Part shown: one piece after another, positions 35,002 to 40,478 of the stretch | Numbering within the stretch: the first letter of the stretch is position 1 | Layout of the letters: each line of letters begins with the position of its first letter | Source: a virus | Taxonomy: Duplodnaviria; Caudoviricetes | Direction: 5' to 3' (one strand) | IMG/VR virus record: IMGVR_UViG_3300025305_000044 | Coordinates: 1 to 40,478 of that record | Length of the DNA stretch: 40,478 nt | Position numbers and translations under genes: made by a program | The notes under the pieces: generated by a model | Told to the model about the DNA's origin: nothing | Database searches by the model: none | Seen by the model: only the letters and a program-made list of their open reading frames with translations

Positions 35002-36054
35002 ATGGGTTTAGTTGACATACAACAATATTATAAGCAACGACTTTTAAAAGAAGTTTCTATTGAAGAGAAGGCTGAACGAGAAGCTCGTGAAGAGGGCTTT
35101 GATGATTTCTCTGATGATAAAGCTTCAGGAATGCGTCGTGCCAGAAAGATTATGGAAGCTATTCAACGCAAAGAATCTTATACTGAGGCTTTAGATGAGA
35201 AATTTGAAGAGTCTATTGAAAAAGGAACTTATGCACGAAGAGATACAGCGGCTGTAGCTACCGCTATTGCTCAACGACAGGGAGAGACTGATTTTAGCAC
35301 TGGGAATAAGAAAACTGGTAAAGCGGTAGGACGAGGAGCTAGAGTACGTGATACTATTGCTGCTGCTATAGATGCTAAACATGGGCCGGGAAGTTACCCC
35401 GGTACAGCTAATTGGAAATATGATGAAGGAAAAGACTCTGGTAAAGGTAAAAAAGAAAAAGCTATACAAAGTATGTTGAAGGCTTTTCCTCCAGAATTAG
35501 CTTCTTTAATGTCTGCTGCTGCAGGATGGGCATTAAGTAGTGATGTTGGTAGAGTAGGTCAAATGACTCCCGAACAAACTAGTGAATGGGAAAGAACCTT
35601 ATCTGCTGCGGAAAGGAGAAATTTAGAACGAACCTTAAGAAGTAAAATGCGGAGGAAATCTGCAGATACATCTTTAAATAAAGATGCATTTGAGTCCTTA
35701 CAGTCTCGTTATGAGGATTCTACAGATACTTATATTAAAAGAACTCCTCTAATTAATATGTTAGAGAAAGACCATTCTACTATTCCTCCACGACAGGGTT
35801 TACAGTGGGATGCTGTAAAACACAGATGGACACGACCTGAAAATATAGGCCATACAGTTATTGAAGTTCAGGGTAAGAAACGTATACGAGGGACAGGTAC
35901 AGGGGCACACGAGAGAACTGTGGGTGGTCATGGATCAGGAAAAGTACGGCGAGTGGAATTTGGACGACGGTTTAAGGGAGCCTCAGATGCCGGTGTCATT
36001 AGACCACATGAGAGTAAAGGAACATCTAAGTATATAAAGCCGAGAAAGAGGTAA
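35002..36054 (+). CDS. Hypothetical virion (internal head) protein
   Basis: GGAG SD; shares a motif with the prohead protease C-terminus. Confidence 0.65.
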   Translation: MGLVDIQQYYKQRLLKEVSIEEKAEREAREEGFDDFSDDKASGMRRARKIMEAIQRKESYTEALDEKFEESIEKGTYARRDTAAVATAIAQRQGETDFSTGNKKTGKAVGRGARVRDTIAAAIDAKHGPGSYPGTANWKYDEGKDSGKGKKEKAIQSMLKAFPPELASLMSAAAGWALSSDVGRVGQMTPEQTSEWERTLSAAERRNLERTLRSKMRRKSADTSLNKDAFESLQSRYEDSTDTYIKRTPLINMLEKDHSTIPPRQGLQWDAVKHRWTRPENIGHTVIEVQGKKRIRGTGTGAHERTVGGHGSGKVRRVEFGRRFKGASDAGVIRPHESKGTSKYIKPRKR

Positions 36055-36064
36055 GGAGGATGTA

Positions 36065-36469
36065 ATGGTTAGAAAAGCCGTAACAACTACAAAGACAGTA
36101 AAAAAGAAGATGGCGCAACAGCCTGTAGAAGTTTTTAATGAAAAACCTATTGAAAAGAATAGCGATATACCTAAACGATATTATATACAGGTTTGGAAAA
36201 AGATACAGCCTAGCGATGTTCGTTTCGATGAGGTTGTTGGTACCCTTTATTGGTCTGATGTTAAACAAGATATCATAATAGAGAGTCTACATAATAATTA
36301 TTCTTCAGAAATTGAAGATTTGTTGAAAGGAGATTTAGCTTTATCTAATGGAGTGTTCGTTTCTCGTAATGAAGCTCCAAAAGAATGGGTTAAGAATGTT
36401 CCAAAAGCAGCCTTGGGTTATGGTTTTTATGCTACTTCGTATATGGAGATAGTTGATGAAACTGAATAA
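36065..36469 (+). CDS. Hypothetical protein
   Basis: AAGGAGG SD. Confidence 0.75.
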   Translation: MVRKAVTTTKTVKKKMAQQPVEVFNEKPIEKNSDIPKRYYIQVWKKIQPSDVRFDEVVGTLYWSDVKQDIIIESLHNNYSSEIEDLLKGDLALSNGVFVSRNEAPKEWVKNVPKAALGYGFYATSYMEIVDETE

Positions 36470-37469
36470 TTTTTTTAATAAGTCTAATAAACAAAATAAG
36501 TCTAATTCTAAAGTAATTTCGTTTGTTAATGAAACTCAAAACAATGCTTGGAGGGCTGAAGTACAAAGATTACAAGATGAATTAGATAGATTAAAGACTG
36601 TGGATGAAGAACGATCTCTTTTTAACCAGAGAATGCAAGCCGCAGAGATTCAACTTCATGAGACACTGGAACGAGAGATCGTTGGACAAGCGCATAAAAC
36701 TTTATTAGAGGAGGAAGTTAAACAAGGGGGAGTTTTAAAAACTAGAAACTACGAGTTGGAAAATGAGTTAAGAGATATTAAAGGACAACTTGGTATCAAA
36801 GAAAGTTATTTAGAACAAGCTGCACATAATAATCTAGAATTAAATAATCGAGTTGGTGTATTAACAGAGCAAGTTGAGGAAAGTTCACAGATAGAAAGAG
36901 GTTTAATACGAGGATTGGAAGAAACTATTCAGGGATCAGCAGCGAATAAACACGAACTTCAAGAAACTCAGAGCAGGTTTTCGGCAAGTGAAGTAAAATT
37001 AAGTGAGGTTACAGAAAATTATGTTAACCTAAAGACTGATTACAGTAAACTTAATACGGTTGCGGAATATTGGAGAAGGGTTTCAGAAACCGTGCAAGCT
37101 GAAAATGATGATTTAGAACAGACAAGTGCGATATTACAACAATTGCAAAAAGATGTTAAAGTGGAAAGAACTCAACAAAAAGGTATAACTAAGATACAAA
37201 AAGGTGCAGTAGAAAAACTACAGGGACAATTAACTGTTGTGACTGAAGCATTAGAACATTTAACTTTTAAAAATAGGTATTTATTGAGTTTGGTTTCTTC
37301 TTTGCGTAAAGAAGCAGCAAAACCTCGATATTTATCTATGAGTTCTATAGCTCAGAAGGAAGGATTTAAGATGCCTTTTGGAAAGGACAATATAAGAAAA
37401 CAATTTTTGGGTACTTCTTCCCCTACATTATTGAAGTTTAAAGTAAAGGAGGACGGAAATGACAACTAG
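36456..37469 (+). CDS. Long coiled-coil protein
   Basis: Heptad-rich E/L/Q composition; GGAG SD. Confidence 0.7.
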   Translation: MKLNNFFNKSNKQNKSNSKVISFVNETQNNAWRAEVQRLQDELDRLKTVDEERSLFNQRMQAAEIQLHETLEREIVGQAHKTLLEEEVKQGGVLKTRNYELENELRDIKGQLGIKESYLEQAAHNNLELNNRVGVLTEQVEESSQIERGLIRGLEETIQGSAANKHELQETQSRFSASEVKLSEVTENYVNLKTDYSKLNTVAEYWRRVSETVQAENDDLEQTSAILQQLQKDVKVERTQQKGITKIQKGAVEKLQGQLTVVTEALEHLTFKNRYLLSLVSSLRKEAAKPRYLSMSSIAQKEGFKMPFGKDNIRKQFLGTSSPTLLKFKVKEDGNDN

Positions 37470-37782
37470 ACCGTGGAGACAAGAGATAGAATTGTTACAG
37501 AATTATCCAAGACATAAGACATTTACATATACAACTAGTAGTTCAAGTGCTGAAACTGCTGTAGATGTTTCAGCGTCAATGGAAGAATGTAACAAAGTAT
37601 CTTTTATTGTGGAAACAGCGGATGCTTACATCGAATTTGATGGAGATGCTACAACATCATCTATGTTAATTCCTGCTAACGAAGGGTATTTTGATGATTC
37701 TGTTTATGTAGGATCAAAAATAAGTATTATTCGTTCTGGTAGTACGAATGCTCGAATTCGAGGAATTATTTGGGGGAGGTAA
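37459..37782 (+). CDS. Small virion structural protein
   Basis: AGGAGG SD; beta-rich; precedes fibre gene. Confidence 0.65.
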   Translation: MTTRPWRQEIELLQNYPRHKTFTYTTSSSSAETAVDVSASMEECNKVSFIVETADAYIEFDGDATTSSMLIPANEGYFDDSVYVGSKISIIRSGSTNARIRGIIWGR

Positions 37783-37786
37783 CTAA

Positions 37787-40478
37787 ATGCCTATTACTGG
37801 GTTAGACCGAATGCCGGGTTCTGGCTTAGCTCGTGGAACCCTATTTGATAAAGAATTAAATACTCCTGCCATCGAAGTTATAACTGCAACCGTTACTGGT
37901 TCTATTGTTCTTGAGAAGGATGGCGAGAATAGCTATACGATTGCTTGGACACAACCAAGTGGTGCGGATAGAATTTTGTCTATTCCAGCATTAGGTGCTG
38001 CTGATACATTTGTCTTTCTTACAGCTACTCAAACGATAACTAATAAAGCATTTACAGGCGTAACCGACTTTGATATGACCTCTGGTGATAAAACTATTTT
38101 AGATACTATTGGTTCTAATAGTCTTACAATAGGTGCTGGCGGTACAACTGTTATTATTGCCGGCAATCTAACTGTTTCAGGAACAACTACGACTGTTAAT
38201 ACGACAACCTTAAATATAGCTGATTCGCTGTATGCACTAAATACGGACGAAACTGGAACTCCATCACAAGATGCTGGGTTTGTGGTTGAAAGAGGTACGT
38301 CAGCTAATGTCGGTTTTATGTGGGATGAATCAGCAGATGAATTTGTTATTATAAATACCGCTGAGACAGGATCAACTGCAGGTAACGTTACTATTTCCAG
38401 CTATGCAAATTTTCAAGCTGCTAATATAGCAGGAACTTTAACTACGGCGGCACAAGGAAATGTGACTTCTCTGGGAACCTTGACAGCCCTTACCGTTGAT
38501 GATGTTAGTGTGGATGGTAAAGTAGTAACTATGACAGGTTCTTCTGGAGATACTGCGGTATTTACAGTTGGGACTAATGGAACTCTTTCTATAGTCACTA
38601 CGGACACAGCCGCAGCCGCAGCTAATTTACAGATAACTGCTGATGGAACAGTTGACATAGATTCTGTAGGAGTCTTAACTCTTGATTCTGGTGCCGCAAT
38701 AAATCTAGAGCCGGCAGCAGGATCAGCTATCTTATTGGACGGTACTATAAGTGTAGATGCTGGAGTAATTACTGGAGCAACTTCTATTACATCTACAGCA
38801 TTTGTTGGAACGTTATCAACCGCAGCGCAGGGAAATGTAACTTCTCTTGGAACGCTGACAACTCTTACTATCGATAATATTAATATTAATGGGAATACTA
38901 TTATTAGCACAGACAGTAATGGTGATATTACATTAACTCCAGATGGAAGTGGTGAAGTAAATATAGCGGCCGGTAATTTAAATTATGCTGGAACCGCCAT
39001 AACCGCTACTGGAGCAGAGCTTAACTTACTTGATGGTGGTACAGTTAGAGGAACGACTGCTGTTGCTAGTGGCGATGGTATTGTGATTAACGATGGTGGC
39101 ACAATGAATATGACCAACGTAGATACTGTTTCTACGTATTTTGCAAGCCATAGCGTTGGCGGTACTAATATTGTCACAACTGGAGCATTAGATGCTGGCT
39201 CAATTACTTCAGGATTTGGGGCAATTAATACTGGGTCTAGCAATATCACCACAACTGGTACAATTACATACGGAAATTTGTCTGACGGGTCTATTTCAGT
39301 GACGGCGTGGGTAGATGAAGATGATATGAGTTCTAATTCAGCTACTCTTATACCTACACAACAGTCTGTAAAAGCCTATGTTGACGGTTCTGCTCAAACT
39401 ATGGGAGACGGCTTTGTAATTGAAGACGATGATGGAACAGAAGTTACTATAACTGAAAATAAAGAGATGAAAATAATAGGGTCTGGTGTAACTATTAACT
39501 GGACAGATACCAGTACTGGTAGTGATGGTGACCCCTATGACCTCACAATTACAGTGGATGCAGCCCAAGGTAATATCACCTCGCTGGGTACGCTAACAGC
39601 CCTAACCGTTGATGATGTAGTTGTTGACGGCAAAGTCATTACGATGACAGGCGATACTAGTGATACCGTTGTGTTTACTGCTGGAACGAACGGCACTCTT
39701 TCGATAGTCACTACAGATGCAGGAGGAGCCGCTGGAAACATCCAGATCACTGCTGACGGTACGGCGGAACTAGCTGGGACAACGGTCACGCTGGACTCAG
39801 CGGCGGACATTGAACTAGAGGCCACCGATGACATCAATGTTCCTTCGGCTGTTGGCCTAACCTTCGCGGACGACGGCCAGAAAATTGAGAGCGATGGCAC
39901 CGATTTCACGATAGCGTCAGGGGCCAAGTTGAACCTGACTGCCACGAGCGATGTGCATGTTGCCAACGGCACGGGCGTTGTGGTCGGTCACACGGCGCAG
40001 GTTTCTAGTGGTGGCGGTGGGGACGCTCCAGAGGTGCAGATTCTGGGCACGGCTGGGCCGGACTCCTCCTTGCAGATAGGCAGGTGGAGTGCCAACGCAT
40101 CAGGCCCATCGTTGAGGTTCATCAAAAGCCGTGACCCAGCAATCGCTGACGGCTCTTTTGCCATCGTCATTGATGGTGACGATTGTGGGCAAATCGCCTT
40201 CCTCGCTGATGATGGCACCGATTTTGGCTCTACCGTAGCGGACATTCTGGCTGAGATAGACGGGACGCCAGGGGAGAATGACACCCCTGGACGTATACTT
40301 TTCCGCACAACTTCGGATGGGCAGCAGGGAGTCACCGAGCGGATGCGTCTCGACAACGGCGGTGTCCTGCTACTTAACGATACAGCCACAGCAGACGTAA
40401 CCACCGGTATCTGCATCAACCAGGCAAGCGCCGACGATGGGATGCTCGTCTTTAAGTCTTCCGATATCAACCATGCGT
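37787..40478 (+). CDS. Tail fibre / receptor-binding protein, 3'-truncated (absent from ORF track because no stop in window)
   Basis: GGAGG SD, ATG 37787, same frame at the window end; GNLTVSGTTTTVNT, WDESAD, repeated AAQGNVTSLGTLT. Confidence 0.85.
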   Translation, partial: MPITGLDRMPGSGLARGTLFDKELNTPAIEVITATVTGSIVLEKDGENSYTIAWTQPSGADRILSIPALGAADTFVFLTATQTITNKAFTGVTDFDMTSGDKTILDTIGSNSLTIGAGGTTVIIAGNLTVSGTTTTVNTTTLNIADSLYALNTDETGTPSQDAGFVVERGTSANVGFMWDESADEFVIINTAETGSTAGNVTISSYANFQAANIAGTLTTAAQGNVTSLGTLTALTVDDVSVDGKVVTMTGSSGDTAVFTVGTNGTLSIVTTDTAAAAANLQITADGTVDIDSVGVLTLDSGAAINLEPAAGSAILLDGTISVDAGVITGATSITSTAFVGTLSTAAQGNVTSLGTLTTLTIDNININGNTIISTDSNGDITLTPDGSGEVNIAAGNLNYAGTAITATGAELNLLDGGTVRGTTAVASGDGIVINDGGTMNMTNVDTVSTYFASHSVGGTNIVTTGALDAGSITSGFGAINTGSSNITTTGTITYGNLSDGSISVTAWVDEDDMSSNSATLIPTQQSVKAYVDGSAQTMGDGFVIEDDDGTEVTITENKEMKIIGSGVTINWTDTSTGSDGDPYDLTITVDAAQGNITSLGTLTALTVDDVVVDGKVITMTGDTSDTVVFTAGTNGTLSIVTTDAGGAAGNIQITADGTAELAGTTVTLDSAADIELEATDDINVPSAVGLTFADDGQKIESDGTDFTIASGAKLNLTATSDVHVANGTGVVVGHTAQVSSGGGGDAPEVQILGTAGPDSSLQIGRWSANASGPSLRFIKSRDPAIADGSFAIVIDGDDCGQIAFLADDGTDFGSTVADILAEIDGTPGENDTPGRILFRTTSDGQQGVTERMRLDNGGVLLLNDTATADVTTGICINQASADDGMLVFKSSDINHA

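Noticed and set aside
27716-35469. Short ORFs within the giant gene and the 35002 gene
   Set aside because: Antisense or alternative-frame shadows without SD
38447-39770. Diversity-generating retroelement template/variable repeats
   Set aside because: Repeats are in-frame protein repeats with mostly synonymous, non-adenine-specific differences; no reverse transcriptase in the window
38413-40470. Several minus-strand ORFs
   Set aside because: Antisense shadows of the + strand tail fibre frame
1-40478. Stop-codon reassignment
   Set aside because: Long genes are intact under the standard code and TAA, TAG and TGA all end SD-delimited genes

Overview
Segment of a tailed dsDNA bacteriophage genome (AT-rich, strong Shine-Dalgarno use, standard code). 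1-4.5 kb: head genes (3' part of a major capsid protein, virion proteins, an HK97-type prohead protease carrying a HiPIP-like Cys motif). 4.5-8.1 kb: accessory genes (Cys-rich metallothionein-like protein, 7Fe ferredoxin, SET domain, HExxH metallohydrolase, trypsin-like protease, HNH nuclease). 8.1-25.3 kb: early/host-takeover region of about 45 small ORFs, tRNA-Leu(TAA) and 15 sigma70-type promoters (12 rightward, 3 leftward, converging at about 22.5-22.7 kb). 25.3-27.0 kb: non-coding divergence region, possibly a genome end, pac site or origin. 27-40.5 kb: late genes (a 2403-aa hydrophilic protein and a tail fibre running off the window). The least explained signals are non-coding: (i) a roughly 440-nt structured RNA candidate at 15.2-15.63 kb; (ii) a 28-nt H-type pseudoknot present four times with fully compensatory stem changes; (iii) SD-ATG-TAA start-stop minigenes behind two early promoters; (iv) single-gene cassettes separated by palindrome/polypurine blocks, with mirror-image paralogues; (v) a CTAG-rich degenerate array whose anchor motif recurs every 277-280 bp. 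Protein family calls come from motif recognition only; no database searches were run.
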